This document shows positions 1 through 11,447 of a stretch of DNA of 64,000 bases, piece by piece (position 1 is the first letter of the stretch; each line of letters begins with the position of its first letter). The notes beneath the pieces are model-generated. The model did not search any database and had not been told where the DNA came from. It saw only the letters and a list, made by a program, of their open reading frames with translations. Source of the DNA: an uncultured Chloroflexia bacterium (GTDB lineage Bacteria > Chloroflexota > Limnocylindria > QHBO01); the NCBI GenBank assembly GCA_963799675.1, contig CAWCXQ010000003.1, positions 293,577 to 357,576 on the forward strand. Reading direction: 5' to 3'. Position numbers and translations under genes: made by a program.

Positions 1-1
1 G

Positions 2-838
2 CAGACCACCTTCCCGGATCAGCCGAAGCAGGAGACCCAGGGGTTCGTCGTGGACGGCTTCACCATCACGGAGCACGACCTGTCGCCGGTGCAGCCCGCG
101 CTCTGGGACCTGTCCCCGGCGCTCCAGGTCTCGAGCAACATCTATTTCGCCCACGTCGGCCTTGAGCTCGGGGCGGAGCGGTTCCTCGACTACGCGCGCC
201 GCTTCGGGTTCTGCTCGCCGCTGGCCATCGGGCCGCCCGGGCGGGAGCTGCAGGTGCTCCCGTCGTACGTGACCGCGTCCAGCGACGATGGCTGCGCCCC
301 GTTCAGCGACAAGGTCGAGCTTGCCAGCGCGTCCTTCGGGCAGGCACGCGTCGACGCCACACCGGTCCAGATGGCCCTGGTGGCGGCGACGATCGCGAAC
401 GGCGGAACGATGCCGCACCCGTTCGTCGTCCGTGACGTGCGCACCCACTCCGACGCCGCCCCCAGCACGAGCATCCTCGAGACCGAGGGCGCGGAGGGAG
501 GGCGTGGCGTCGTCTCGAGCCGGACCGCCGAAACCGTTCGCAAGGCAATGATCGACGCGGTCGAGGGCCAGCTCGGCGCCCTCTACGCGGGGGCCGGCGC
601 CGTGAAGCTGTACGGCGTGAGCGGTGTGACCACCGCCGGCAAGACAGGCACGGCCCAGCGTGGCGAGGGCCAGCAGCCCCATTCCTGGTTCATCGGCTTC
701 GCTCCCGCGCAGGACGGCGCGACGCCTGCCATCGCCATTGCGGTGCTGATCGAGGGAGGTGGCTCGGGTGCCGCCAACGCGGCTCCGATCGGCGGCGCGG
801 TGATGGCCGAGTGGCTGAAGCTGCAGGCGGGCGGCTGA
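2..838 (+). CDS. penicillin-binding protein, C-terminal transpeptidase domain (5' partial, continues upstream of window)
   Basis: No stop codon in frame back to base 2. SSN (SxN) and KTGTA motifs typical of PBP transpeptidases. Confidence 0.8.
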   Translation, partial: QTTFPDQPKQETQGFVVDGFTITEHDLSPVQPALWDLSPALQVSSNIYFAHVGLELGAERFLDYARRFGFCSPLAIGPPGRELQVLPSYVTASSDDGCAPFSDKVELASASFGQARVDATPVQMALVAATIANGGTMPHPFVVRDVRTHSDAAPSTSILETEGAEGGRGVVSSRTAETVRKAMIDAVEGQLGALYAGAGAVKLYGVSGVTTAGKTGTAQRGEGQQPHSWFIGFAPAQDGATPAIAIAVLIEGGGSGAANAAPIGGAVMAEWLKLQAGG

Positions 839-954
839 GCGCGGATCGGTCCGCTCTGAACCGTCCTGTTACCGGCTGGGGTATTGTGATTGGGCGGGAG
901 AGCGCGCGCGCTCCGCCTGCAGCCCGAGCCCGAAATCACCCACGAGGGGAGACT

Positions 955-1911
955 GTGAAGACTGTCCAGCAGCCCGCCGAGCGCGTCGTCGCCAACGTCG
1001 AGCGCGTCATCGTCGGGAAGCACGCAGAAGTGCGCATGGCGCTCGTGGCGCTGCTCTGCGAAGGCCACATCCTGATCGAGGACGTTCCCGGGGTCGGCAA
1101 GACGATGCTCGCCAAGGCTCTGAGCCAGAGCATCGGCTGCTCGTTCCGGCGCATCCAGTTCACGCCGGACCTGCTGCCCTCCGACGTCACCGGTCTGTCG
1201 ATCTTCAACCAGAAGACGCAGGAGTTCGAGTTCCGCGCGGGACCGATCATGGCCCAGGTCGTCCTCGCCGATGAGATCAACCGGGCGACCCCGAAGACCC
1301 AGAGCGCGCTCCTCGAGTGCATGGAGGAGCGGCAGGCCACGGTCGACGGCATCAGCCACCAGATGCCCTCGCCGTTCCTGGTGATCGCAACCCAGAACCC
1401 GATCGAGTACGAAGGCACCTTCGCCCTGCCCGAGGCGCAGCTCGACCGCTTCATGCTGCGCCTCCGACTCGGGTACCCCAAGGCGATGGAGGAGATCGTC
1501 ATCCTCGACGAGCAGAAGCGGCGCCACCCGATCGACGAGCTCGGGCAGGTGCTCGATCTCGACGAGCTGCGCGACATGCAGTCCGGGATCAAGGAGGTGT
1601 ACGTCGACCAGGCGGTCGCCGAGTACATCGTCCGCCTGGTGACGGCGACCCGCGAGCATCCCGACGTCTACCTCGGCGCCTCGCCCCGCGGGTCCCTGAA
1701 CCTGTACCGCGCGGGCCAGGCATTCGCCGCGCTTGCAGGACGGGACTACGTCATCCCCGACGACGTGAAGCAGCTTGCGGTTGCCGTTCTCGCCCATCGG
1801 CTCATCGTGAAGAGCCAGGCCTCGCTGCGCGAGGTCGATCCCGACCAGATCGTGAGCGAGATCCTGACGGCGGTACCGGTGACCGATACGAACGTCGCTC
1901 CAGTCCGCTAG
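955..1911 (+). CDS. MoxR-family AAA+ ATPase
   Basis: Walker [12 protein letters not shown], Walker [10 protein letters not shown], MoxR-type C-terminus. GTG start at 955 after a GGGGAG ribosome-binding site. Intact. Confidence 0.9.
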   Translation: MKTVQQPAERVVANVERVIVGKHAEVRMALVALLCEGHILIEDVPGVGKTMLAKALSQSIGCSFRRIQFTPDLLPSDVTGLSIFNQKTQEFEFRAGPIMAQVVLADEINRATPKTQSALLECMEERQATVDGISHQMPSPFLVIATQNPIEYEGTFALPEAQLDRFMLRLRLGYPKAMEEIVILDEQKRRHPIDELGQVLDLDELRDMQSGIKEVYVDQAVAEYIVRLVTATREHPDVYLGASPRGSLNLYRAGQAFAALAGRDYVIPDDVKQLAVAVLAHRLIVKSQASLREVDPDQIVSEILTAVPVTDTNVAPVR

Positions 1912-1929
1912 GCGGCGGGAAATCGACCC

Positions 1930-3162
1930 ATGCGCGGCTTGAGCCGGCAGCTCCGAATCGTCTTCCTTGGCACCGTGCTGGTGGTGGCCGCGTTCAGCAC
2001 CGGGATCGACTTCCTCTTCTTCCTCGTCTACCTGCTCGCCGCGCTGCTGCTCGGCTCGTGGTATTTCGCGCGACGCGGGCTCACCGGCGTGCGGGCCGAC
2101 TACCGGGTCATGAATCCGCGGACCCACGTCGGGGAGCTGCTGCAGGCGATCTATCGGGTCGAGAACCGGGACCGCTGGGCAAAGCCGTGGATCGAGCTGT
2201 GGAACGAGTCCGATCTCCCGGTGAGCCTCCCCGGCCGCGTCGTCGGAGTGCAGGGTGGAGGCTCGCGCCAATGGCTTGCCAAGGTGACGCTGACGCGTCG
2301 CGGAAGCTATCGCCTCGGTCCGCTGCGGGTTCGCACCGGTGACCCGTTCGGCTTCTTCGGGAGCGAGATGGTGGTCGGGCAGGCGACCGGGGTGGTCGTC
2401 TTCCCGGAGGTCGTGCCCCTGCCGCACTGGCGCCTGCCGCCCTCGCCGATCGACGGCACCACGCCGGTGCGGCGGCGATACGAGGCGTCATCGCCGGTGG
2501 TCAGCACCGTGCGTCCTTACGTCTACGGCGACGCCTTCAACCGGATCCATTGGCTCTCGACCGCGCGCCATGGTGAGCTGCAGGTGAAGGAGTTCGACCT
2601 CGAGGCGGCGGCCGACCTGTGGATGGTGCTCGACCTCGATCGCTCCGTCCATGCGGGGGTGGGACCGCAGGCATCGGTGGAGGCGGCAGTGACCGCCGCG
2701 GCCTCGATCGCGGTCCGCACCCTGGCCGACAACCGATCGGTGGCAATCACCGCGTCCGCCCGGCGCCTCCTCATCCACCAGCCGGACCGCGGCCCGCGGG
2801 TCGAGCAGAAGATCCTGCACCTGCTGGCCAACGTGCAGGCGGACGGCTCGAAGCCGCTCGCCGAGGTGGTGCTCAGCACGCTGCCCCAGCTGCGCCGCGG
2901 AATGACTCTCTGCATCATCACCGGATCCGTGGAGCGCGACTGGGTGCGCGCGATCGCGTCCCTGCGCCGGCGCGGCGTTGCGGCGCTCGTCATCCTCCTC
3001 GACCGGGCGTCGTGGGTGGAGCGGGAGCCGGATCCGCACGCGCGTGCCGAGCTGACCGCCGTCCGCCATGCGCTCGCCGAGTACGACGTGCCGCACCGGC
3101 TGGTGCGCGCCGGGGACGACCTGACCGAGGCACTCTCCGGCCGGGAGCGGGCCCGTGTCTAG
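1930..3162 (+). CDS. DUF58 domain protein (MoxR-associated)
   Basis: VRPYVYGDAFNRIHW and ELQVKEFD motifs. Lies directly after the MoxR gene. Intact. Confidence 0.85.
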   Translation: MRGLSRQLRIVFLGTVLVVAAFSTGIDFLFFLVYLLAALLLGSWYFARRGLTGVRADYRVMNPRTHVGELLQAIYRVENRDRWAKPWIELWNESDLPVSLPGRVVGVQGGGSRQWLAKVTLTRRGSYRLGPLRVRTGDPFGFFGSEMVVGQATGVVVFPEVVPLPHWRLPPSPIDGTTPVRRRYEASSPVVSTVRPYVYGDAFNRIHWLSTARHGELQVKEFDLEAAADLWMVLDLDRSVHAGVGPQASVEAAVTAAASIAVRTLADNRSVAITASARRLLIHQPDRGPRVEQKILHLLANVQADGSKPLAEVVLSTLPQLRRGMTLCIITGSVERDWVRAIASLRRRGVAALVILLDRASWVEREPDPHARAELTAVRHALAEYDVPHRLVRAGDDLTEALSGRERARV

Positions 3163-5446
3163 CTTCAGCGAGCGCCTGGCCCGCCCGCGCGAGGGCTGGC
3201 TGAGCCTGACCCTGCTGATCGTGATGCTGTTGAGCCTGGCGTGGGCCGTGCAGGCCGCGGGCTGGCTCGAGCAGAGCGAGTACCTCGTCCCGATTGCCCT
3301 GTTCGCCGCCATCGCTGGGGCCTTGCTCGCCATCTCGCCCCTGAGCGTCGCGCTCACCATTCCGATTTCGGCGCTCTTCGGGGCGCTGGTGCTCGTCTGG
3401 AGTATCGGCGGCGAGTACTTCCCGCAGCTGAGCCAGCTCGGCCGCCTCCTGCAGCTGCGCGAGGACTTCCTCCGTTGGCTGGTGGTCGTGCTGCGGACCG
3501 GCTACCCACCGGAGCTGACTCCGTACGCCCTCGGGCTGGGGGTCCTGATGTGGACGACGGCCTTCATCGCCGCCTACACGCTCTATCGCCACCATCGGCT
3601 GATCGATGCTGTCCTGCTGGCCGGGACCGCCCTGATCGTCAACATGTCGGCCACGCTCAGCGACCTCTTCGGTCACCTTGTCCTCTTCGTGGCGGCAGCG
3701 TTACTGCTGTGGCTGCGCGTCACGCTCGTCGGCCGCCAGGAGGGCTGGCTCCGCCGCCGCGTCAACGAGAACGCGGAGGTGCCGGCCGCCATCATGCGCA
3801 GCGGGATCCTCTTCGCGGCCGGCAGCATCGTGCTCGCCTGGATCCTCACCAGCGTGGCCGTGGCCGCGCCGCTGACGAGCGCGTGGCGCAACCTCGACAC
3901 CGTCTGGTCGGACGTCCAGGACAGCGTCGACGGGGTCTTCGGCACGCTGACCAACCCCGACTCCCGGATCAGCGGCACCAGCTTCGGATCGCGCTTCACG
4001 GTGACTGGCACGTGGATCAGCAAGGACGACACGGTGATGACCGTGGCCTCGACCAAGCCGTACTACCTCCGCACCGCGACGTACGACGTATATACCGGCC
4101 GCGGCTGGACGAGAAGCAACGGGCTGAAGCGGACCGTGCGGGCGGGAGACGTGATCTTTCCCGACGACACGACGGAGCGACCGATCGCCGAGGAGCCGGC
4201 GGTCGAGACGGTCACCATCAAGATGGAGAAGGCGCTCGGCCGCAGCCTGTTTGCGCCCGGCTTCCCGATCAAGCTCTTCGCCCCGCTGCTCGTCTACGAG
4301 ACCGGCCGCCAGCCGCTGATCGGTGGCCTCGAGGCCCTGGACCCGATCGCGCCGGGCAGCGCCTACCAGGTCAGCGTCTCGATCTCGCACGCCACCGAGG
4401 CTCAGCTGTCGGGAGCCGGCAGCGACTACCCGCAGGGCATCAAGGACCTGTATCTCAGCACGAGGGGCACAACATCGCGCGTCGCCAACCTCGCACGCAA
4501 GGTCGCGGCCGATGCGGGTGCCACCGATCCTTATTTCCGCGCGACAGCACTCGCTGACTACCTCAGCCAGGCAGGGCCGTTCACGTACGCCACGGACGCG
4601 CCGGTCCCGACGACGCCCGGGCAGGACCTGGTCGATTTCTTCCTCTTCGACTCGCACAAGGGCTATTGCGAGTACTACGCCAGCGCGATGGTCATGATGG
4701 CTCGCGAGCTCGGGATCCCGGCGCGCGTCGCAGTCGGCTTCGCGCCCGGGACGGTCAACGCTGACAAGACCTATACGATCCGCGAGCGCAACGCGCACGC
4801 GTGGGCCGAGCTCTATTTCCCGGGCTATGGCTGGCAGATCTTCGAGGCGACCAAGACCATCAACCCCGAGTTCGTGCGCAGCGGCGGCGGGCCGCGGGCC
4901 ACGCCCCCGCCCATCAACCGGCAACGGCTGATCGACCTCCTGGAGAAAGAGAAGAGGGAGACCGGCACCGTCTCCAGCCTCTCGTCCTTCAAGCCGATCG
5001 AGGGCGGCTTCGATGTCACCGGTGCCCAGCGCCCCGGCGACCAGTCGCGCGGCGGGAACGCGGTTCTCATCCTCGCCCTCCTGCTGGGCGGGCTTGCCTT
5101 CTTCGTCTTCCGCCTGCGGCGCTCCCAGCGGCGCTGGCGCTTCCTGCCGCCCGCCGAGCGCGCGTGGCTGCGCCTCTCGATGGCCGCCGACCGAGCCGGT
5201 GCCTCCCCGCGGGCCTCGGAGACGATCTACGAGTATTCCGGCTGGCTCGAGGAGCAGATCCCGAAGCGGCGCCCCGAGATCCGCACGCTGGCCGACGGAA
5301 AGGTCTGGCAGAGCTATTCCGGCCGCTCGATGAACCTCTCGGCGATCGAGCGCCTCGAGGTCGCCTGGCGGCGGATCAGGCTGCCCCTCCTCTGGCTCGC
5401 AATCCGCCGCCGGGTGGGCGAGCTTCGCTCCCGGCGCCGGCGCTAG
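3155..5446 (+). CDS. transglutaminase-like domain membrane protein (MoxR/DUF58 partner)
   Basis: Multiple N-terminal transmembrane helices. Transglutaminase core DSHKGYCEYYASAMVMMARELGIPARVAVGF. Start overlaps the DUF58 stop by 8 bp. Intact. Confidence 0.8.
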   Translation: MSSFSERLARPREGWLSLTLLIVMLLSLAWAVQAAGWLEQSEYLVPIALFAAIAGALLAISPLSVALTIPISALFGALVLVWSIGGEYFPQLSQLGRLLQLREDFLRWLVVVLRTGYPPELTPYALGLGVLMWTTAFIAAYTLYRHHRLIDAVLLAGTALIVNMSATLSDLFGHLVLFVAAALLLWLRVTLVGRQEGWLRRRVNENAEVPAAIMRSGILFAAGSIVLAWILTSVAVAAPLTSAWRNLDTVWSDVQDSVDGVFGTLTNPDSRISGTSFGSRFTVTGTWISKDDTVMTVASTKPYYLRTATYDVYTGRGWTRSNGLKRTVRAGDVIFPDDTTERPIAEEPAVETVTIKMEKALGRSLFAPGFPIKLFAPLLVYETGRQPLIGGLEALDPIAPGSAYQVSVSISHATEAQLSGAGSDYPQGIKDLYLSTRGTTSRVANLARKVAADAGATDPYFRATALADYLSQAGPFTYATDAPVPTTPGQDLVDFFLFDSHKGYCEYYASAMVMMARELGIPARVAVGFAPGTVNADKTYTIRERNAHAWAELYFPGYGWQIFEATKTINPEFVRSGGGPRATPPPINRQRLIDLLEKEKRETGTVSSLSSFKPIEGGFDVTGAQRPGDQSRGGNAVLILALLLGGLAFFVFRLRRSQRRWRFLPPAERAWLRLSMAADRAGASPRASETIYEYSGWLEEQIPKRRPEIRTLADGKVWQSYSGRSMNLSAIERLEVAWRRIRLPLLWLAIRRRVGELRSRRRR

Positions 5447-6130
5447 AGGGCGAGCGGCTCGCCCTCCGCCTCGTCGACGTGCGTGCCCACCCTGCCCAGC
5501 AGGTGGCGGCAGTCGTTCCAGCGCTCGAGCGACCATTGCGTCGTACGTCTCGGCAGAGAGCACGGAGAGCGACGCGTTGTCGAGATCCAGCGCCCACGCT
5601 CGCCGCGCGCTCAGCCCCAGGAGCTGGCGCGCGAGCAGCCGCAGCGTTCCGCCGTGCGAGACCATGCAGAGCGGCCAGGAATCGGGCGCGGCGAGCCCGT
5701 CGTCCAGGCTGGCCCGTGCGCGCGCCAGGACCGCTTCGATCGGCTCCGCACCGGGGGGCTGGTCGTCGCCCCCATGGGACCGCCAGGCGGCGTAACGCTG
5801 CGGGTCGTCAACCGCCAGCTCCGCGTGCGTGCGTCCTTCCCATCTCCCTGGCCAACCTCCATCAGGCGCGCGTCGGGCTGGACCGGCGGAGTCTCTCCCG
5901 TGGCGCCGACCGCGGCGCCGATCAGCTGCGGCGGTCTCGAGCGCCCGCGCCAGGGAGGAGGCCACGATCCGTCGCGGCCGGTCGCGCTCGTCGCCGGCCA
6001 GCCGCTCGCCGAGCAGGACCGCCTCGTTGCGCCCTTCTTCGGAGAGTGGCGGATCGGCATGGCCCTGGAAGCGGCCCTCCCGGTTCCAGTCGGTGATGCC
6101 GTGACGGACGAGGATGAGGCGGCGGCTCAC
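5443..6130 (-). CDS. histidine phosphatase (phosphoglycerate mutase-like) family protein, apparent frameshift
   Basis: LILVRHGITDWNREGRFQGH with the catalytic RHG motif. C-terminal LERWNDCRHL lies in another frame, with the shift near 5500. GTG start overlaps the aminotransferase stop (GTGA). Confidence 0.6.
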
Positions 6131-7257
6131 CGCCCGGCGGTGACCGGATCGGTTCGCACGCCGAACTCGGCGAGCGTGGCGCCCAGGACCGCCAATGCGT
6201 CGGCGATCTCCTCGGGGGCCACCTGGCCCATGTGGCCCATCCGCAGGATGCGGCCCGCCCATTTGCCCTGTCCGCCGGCGATCACGAGGCCCCGCGCACG
6301 CATCGCGGCGTTGAAGGGCGACCACTCGAGACCTTCGGGCAGCCACGCGGCGGTGACGGTCGCGGACCGGCACTCCGGCGCTGCGACCAGCCGCATCCCG
6401 AGTGCTTCGAGGCCGGTCTGAGCCTGCTCGGCGATCCGCGCATGGCGCGTCCAGGTCGCCTCTCGCCCCTCCTCGCGCCAGGAGCCGCACGCCGACGCGG
6501 AGCCCGTAGAGCACGCTGACCGCCGGCGTCCACGGGGTCTGGCCTTTCTCCGCCCAGTCGGCGGCTTCGCCGAGATCCCAGTAGAAGCGAGGCATGCGAG
6601 CGCTTTCGCGCGCCGCCCAGGCACGATCGCCCACGGCGATGATGGCGATTCCCGGCGAGCCCATCCATGCCTTCTGGCTGGCGCTGGTGACGAGGTCGAT
6701 CCCCCAGGCGTCCATCTCGAACGGGATGGCGCCGAGCCCGCTGATCCCGTCTACCAGGACGAGCGGGTCGCCCGGCGCGCCGCGCACGGCCTCCGCCAGC
6801 TCGCGCAGGGGGTTCGCGACACCGGTCGAGGTCTCGTTATGGGTCAGCAGCACGGCGTGGTACGGCGCCGCGGCCGCCAGGTGCGCCGCGAGGCGCTGCG
6901 GGTCCGCCGCTTCGCCCCATTCGAACGAGAGCCGCTCGACCGTGGCGCCGAATGCCTCGGCAATCTTGGCGTAGCGCTCGCCGAACGCGCCGATCGAGAC
7001 GCTCAGGACCCGATCGCCGGGCGAGCAGGTGTTCACGACCGATGCCTCGAGCGCTCCCGTGCCGGACCCGGTCAGCAGCAGGACTCGACCCTCGGTGCCG
7101 ATCAGGCCGCGCGATCCTCGGGCTGAGCTCGCGGAGCATCTCGGCGAACTCTCCGCCGCGGTGGTCGACCATCGGCTGCTGCCTGCGCCTCGCGCACAGC
7201 CGCCGGGAGCGGGGTCGGGCCCGGCACGCGGAGGTTCTGATCCATGGCAGGCATCAT
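6127..7257 (-). CDS. class V aminotransferase (alanine-glyoxylate/serine-pyruvate type), at least 3 apparent frameshifts
   Basis: Pieces IPGPTPLP, HRGGEFAEM, LLLTGSGTGALEA, LLTHNETSTGV, SASQKAWMGSPGIAI and C-terminal GRILRMGHMG. They are spread over 3 frames, with shifts near 7190, 7110 and 6500. Confidence 0.65.
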
Positions 7258-7266
7258 AATCACCCG

Positions 7267-8614
7267 ATGCCGCGATCGCCCCGCAGCGCCGGCCTGAGCC
7301 AGCCGCTCTTCGCGGAGGAGCCCGCCGCCGATGCGCCGCTCGCCGCGCGGATGCGGCCGCGCACCCTCGACGAGTTCGTCGGTCAGGAGCACCTCGTCGG
7401 TCCCGAAGGCGCGCTGACGAAGGTCGTTAAGCCGGGCTACCTGCCCTCGATGGTCCTCTGGGGCCCACCAGGGTCCGGCAAGACGACGCTCGCCCGCCTG
7501 CTGGCCGACCGATCGGGAGGGACCTGGCGCCAGCTCTCGGCGGTCAGCAGCGGGGTCGCCGACGTGCGCGCCCTCGTCGCGGAGGCGAGGGCACTGCGCG
7601 AGGCCGGCGGCCGGACGGTCGCCTTCATCGACGAGCTGCATCGGTTCAACAAGAGCCAGCAGGACGCGCTGCTGCCGTATGTCGAGGACGGCACTATCAG
7701 CCTGATCGGTGCGACCACCGAGAACCCGTACTACGAGATCAACTCGCCACTGCTGTCGCGCATGCGCGTCTACCGGCTCCAGGCCCTCGACGAGCCCGCG
7801 CTGCGCTCGATCGTGGGCCGGGCGCTCAGCGACGCACAGGGCCTGGCCGGCGCAACCTCCCTGACCGATGCGGGCCTCGCGGCCCTGCTCGACCTCTCGG
7901 GCGGCGATGCCCGGCAGGCGCTGAACATCCTTGAGTCGGCCGCCGCGGTGACCGATGCGCTCGACGCGGACCGAGATCTCGGAGGCGGCCCAGCAGCGGC
8001 AGCTCGCCTATGACCGCGTCGGCGACCAGCATTACGAGGCGGCATCGGCCTTCATCAAGAGCATGCGAGGGAACGATCCCGACGCCGCGCTCTACTGGTG
8101 CGCGAGCATGATCGCGGCGGGGGAGGATCCAACCTTCGTGGCGCGCCGCATCGTGATCGCCGCCAGCGAGGACGTGGGCAACGCGGACCCGCGTGCGCTG
8201 CAGGTCGCGGTGTCGGCGATGCACGCCGTGGAGATGATCGGCCTGCCGGAGGCCCAGTACGCGCTGGCCCAGGCCGCCGCCTACGTCGCGAGCGCCCCGA
8301 AGTCGAACCGGGCCGGCGCCGCCTATTTCGCCGCCCTCGCCGACGTCGAGGAGAAGGGTCGCCTGCCCGTTCCGCTGCACCTCCGGCCGTCCGCGCATCG
8401 CCGCCTCACCCGGGAGCATGGCTATGGCAAGGGCTACCTCTATCCTCACGACTTCGAGAGCGCGGATGTCGAGCAGCAGTACCTGCCCGACGAGCTCGAT
8501 GGCAAGGTCTACTACGAGCCGTCGGGGGAGGGGCTCGAGGCGAAGATCGGGGAGCGGCTCGAGCGGCTGCGGAGGGCCAGGCGGGCTGTCCGGGAGCAGG
8601 GGCGTGGCGACTAG
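7267..8614 (+). CDS. rarA: replication-associated recombination protein A (AAA ATPase), one apparent frameshift near 7970
   Basis: GPPGSGKTTLARLLA, FIDELHRFNK and the MgsA C-terminal domain YWCASMIAAGEDPTFVARRIVI. Confidence 0.7.
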
Positions 8615-8685
8615 GCGTTAGCCTTTGAGATCGCTTCGCCGGGCCGGCGCGAAGGATTTTGCGTACCTCGTGCGTCTAACCTCAC

Positions 8686-9270
8686 ATGACGCTCAGGATC
8701 GAAGGCGCGGCGAGGGAAGAGATGAGACCTCAAGACTCGTTGGGCGTGGGCGCGCCGTCCTTCGACGGGCTCGTCGCGGACCAGGCGCGCTTCCGGCTGT
8801 GGTACGACGGCGCACTGCCGCGCGTGTACGGCTACCTGCTCGCTCGCTGCGGCGATCCGGCCCTCGCTGAAGAGGCCACGCAGGAGGCCTTCATCGAGGC
8901 GATTCGTGCCCGACGCAGCTTCGAGGGCCGGTCCGACCCGGTGACCTGGGTCTGCGCGATCGGGCGCAATCGCCTCGCCGATCACGTGCGTCGTGATCGC
9001 CGCAACGCGGTCCGCCAGCTCAATCTGATCGGGGCCTCTTCCGATCGGGAGACGAGCGCCTGGCGCCAGCACGACGTCCGAGAGGCGGTCGAGGAGGCGC
9101 TGACCGCGTTGACCCCGGAACAGCGGCTCGTCCTGACATTGCATTACCTCGATCACCTGCGGGTACGCGAGATTGCAGCCCTGGTGCATCGCAGCGAATC
9201 AGCGACGGAATCGCTCCTGGGCCGCGCCCGCGAGGGATTCCGGCGAACCTACCGAGGGACAGACCGATGA
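8686..9270 (+). CDS. ECF-type RNA polymerase sigma factor
   Basis: Sigma-70 region 2 (ATQEAFIEAI) and region 4 (REIAALVHRSESATESLL). Stop overlaps the start of the downstream gene. Confidence 0.8.
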   Translation: MTLRIEGAAREEMRPQDSLGVGAPSFDGLVADQARFRLWYDGALPRVYGYLLARCGDPALAEEATQEAFIEAIRARRSFEGRSDPVTWVCAIGRNRLADHVRRDRRNAVRQLNLIGASSDRETSAWRQHDVREAVEEALTALTPEQRLVLTLHYLDHLRVREIAALVHRSESATESLLGRAREGFRRTYRGTDR

Positions 9271-10414
9271 ATGACGATCGGCTCAGCCGTCTCCTTGGTC
9301 AGATCGACGAGCCGGCGACACCGGACCCGGTCTTCGCCGATCGGCTCTTCGAACAGCTGACGCGAAGCGCGGGTCGATCGCGAGGCGCCCATCCCGGACT
9401 GCTGCTCGCCGCGGCGCTCGTTCTGCTGAGCACGCTCGCGGTGGGAGTCGCCCTTGGCAGCGGACTGCTGAAGCTTCCTCGGTCGGCGGACGACTTAACG
9501 CCCATCGGCTCAGGCACGCCAGTGGCCAGCCCCACGGCGACCTCGGCCGCGACCCCGGAACCGACGCCCGTTGCTCCATCGGCCTCGCCTGCCGCTCGGC
9601 TGCCGGTTGTGACCCCGCCACCGGGCATCTTCCGCTGGGAAGCACCGCGACGGTGGTCGTGGATGGTCTCAGGGTGCGTGAAGGGCCAGCCACGACTGCG
9701 ACAGTCGTCGCCACGCTCGCCAAGGGAGACACCGTCACTGTGCTGCACGACATTGAGAATCCGCTGCCAGTCATCCTGTCGGGGGTCTCGTGGTACGAGG
9801 TGTGGTACGAAAAGCCGGCCGGGGCTGCCAAGATCTTGGCTGGGTGGCGGCTGGAGAAGAGCGGGCTTGCCTACCTTGAGCCGCCCACCGGCGAGACGTG
9901 CGACGACCTGCCCGGAGACGGGGTCACGCTCGCACAGGTCATCGAGGCTGGCGGGTGGCACCGGCTCGCCTGCCTGGGAAACGCGCCTCTCACCCTTACC
10001 GGCGTGATTGACTTCCACTGCCAGGGAGGACTCCGCCACGGGACGTACGAGCCAGCCTGGATGGTTGACTGGTGCCCAACCCAGACGCTGACCCCGGAGG
10101 CGACCGTCAACAAGTGCGACAACTACGACTGCGAATCCTCCATGGCTCCATGGCTTGGGCCCGCGACGCTCGATCACTACACGCTCGACATGGTCGCTGC
10201 GCCGGGAGGACCAAGCGTGCAGCCTCGAGGCACGATCGTGCGGGTGGTTGGGCACTTCGATGATCCTGCCTCGGCCACCTGCCGCATCGAACCCGGATCC
10301 GACAACGCGGGCTTCGCGGGAGCGTGGAGCGGAGCGTCCGAGCTGCTCTGCCGTGAGCAGTTCGTGGTGACGGAGACCGAAAAGCTCGGCTTCATGGCGC
10401 TGCCGCAGCCATGA
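9267..10414 (+). CDS. putative anti-sigma factor with transmembrane helix, SH3-like domain and Cys-rich extracytoplasmic domain (apparent frameshift near 9650)
   Basis: Translationally coupled to the ECF sigma gene. Single transmembrane segment LLLAAALVLLSTLAVGVAL. Pro/Thr-rich linker. Bacterial SH3-like VVDGLRVREGPATTATVVATLAKGDTVTV. Confidence 0.5.
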
Positions 10415-10469
10415 GAGCCTGGGTTGGGTGAGCGCGGCCAGTCGGGATGACCGGTGCCATGCCTGAGCA

Positions 10470-11420
10470 TCATTGTTCGTACCAACGCAGGACCCGCAGC
10501 GCGCGCAGCGTGTTCCACCGGCTGGGCCGACCATCGCCGTCCTCGAGCGCGAAGTGGACCGCGCCCGGATGGGTGTTCTCCAGCAGCCAGGTGCCGTCGG
10601 GCTGCTGCTTGGATCGGAGCAGGTCGATCGCCTCCGTCCACGCGCGGGTCCGGCGCATCCCCGGCCGCGCGGAAGTACTCCAGGCCACGCAGCACGTCGT
10701 AGTGCCAGCGCGTCGGAAACGAGAACTGCAGCCAGGCGGGGTCGACGACTTCGCCGGTGCTCTTCCGCCGGAACAGCTTCCGTTCGAGGAGGTACTCCTC
10801 ACCCCGGCGGCGAGCCGCGATGGACTCCGCCGAGCCACCGGTCGCGCGCTCGTGCGCCAGCAGCCCTTCCAGGACTCTGATCGTGGTGTGGAAGGACGAG
10901 CGAACCGAACCGTTCTCCACCTCGCAGTTCCACCCGCCGTCCTCGAGCTGCTCACCGAGCAGCCGGGCGACCACGCCATCGACGTCCTGATCGAAGTAGG
11001 CACCCAGCGCGACGACCATGCCGTTGATGCACGGCTCGACCTCGCCGCTGAAGAACGGCTGGCCGGCGTGCTCCCAACGGCAGTGGTCTCGGACCTGCGC
11101 CACCGCCCGGCGCACCCTGGTCACCGTCGGGGTCGACGCCGAAGTCGCGCAGGGCGACGAGACTGTATGCCGTGGCGGTCCAGGGCTGGCCCTTGGCGCT
11201 GTTCGCCGTCACCGGAGATCGCCCTCCGCGCGGGGAAGAGCGCGCCTCCCTCCCACTGGCCGTCTTCGCCCTGCAGGGCCAGCAGCCGGGCGCCCCACCC
11301 CTCGGTCGCCACGCGGGCGCGCTCCGCCGCGACGACCTCTGCCGGCGCATCGGCAAGATCGCGCAACACCTGCCAACGGATGGCGGGGTCGGAGTCGAGC
11401 AGCCAGTCCAGCAGGGGCAC
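10470..11420 (-). CDS. prenyltransferase/squalene-oxidase-repeat-like (terpenoid cyclase-fold) protein, apparent frameshifts
   Basis: N-terminal PLLDWLLDSDPAIRWQVLRDL, internal QLEDGGWNCE repeats, C-terminal PSRWNTLRALRVLRWYEQ. The pieces are spread over 3 frames. Confidence 0.45.
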
Positions 11421-11447
11421 CGGCCGAGTCTAGCGAGGGCCTACGGG

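Noticed and set aside
3701-7036. Minus-strand ORF of 1111 residues
   Set aside because: It is open only because of high GC. It reads through the antisense of the transglutaminase-like gene and fuses, in one frame, pieces of the aminotransferase and the histidine phosphatase. The real genes are 5443-6130 and 6127-7257.
8611-9189. Minus-strand ORF of 192 residues
   Set aside because: It is antisense to the ECF sigma factor gene, which has clear region 2 and region 4 motifs.
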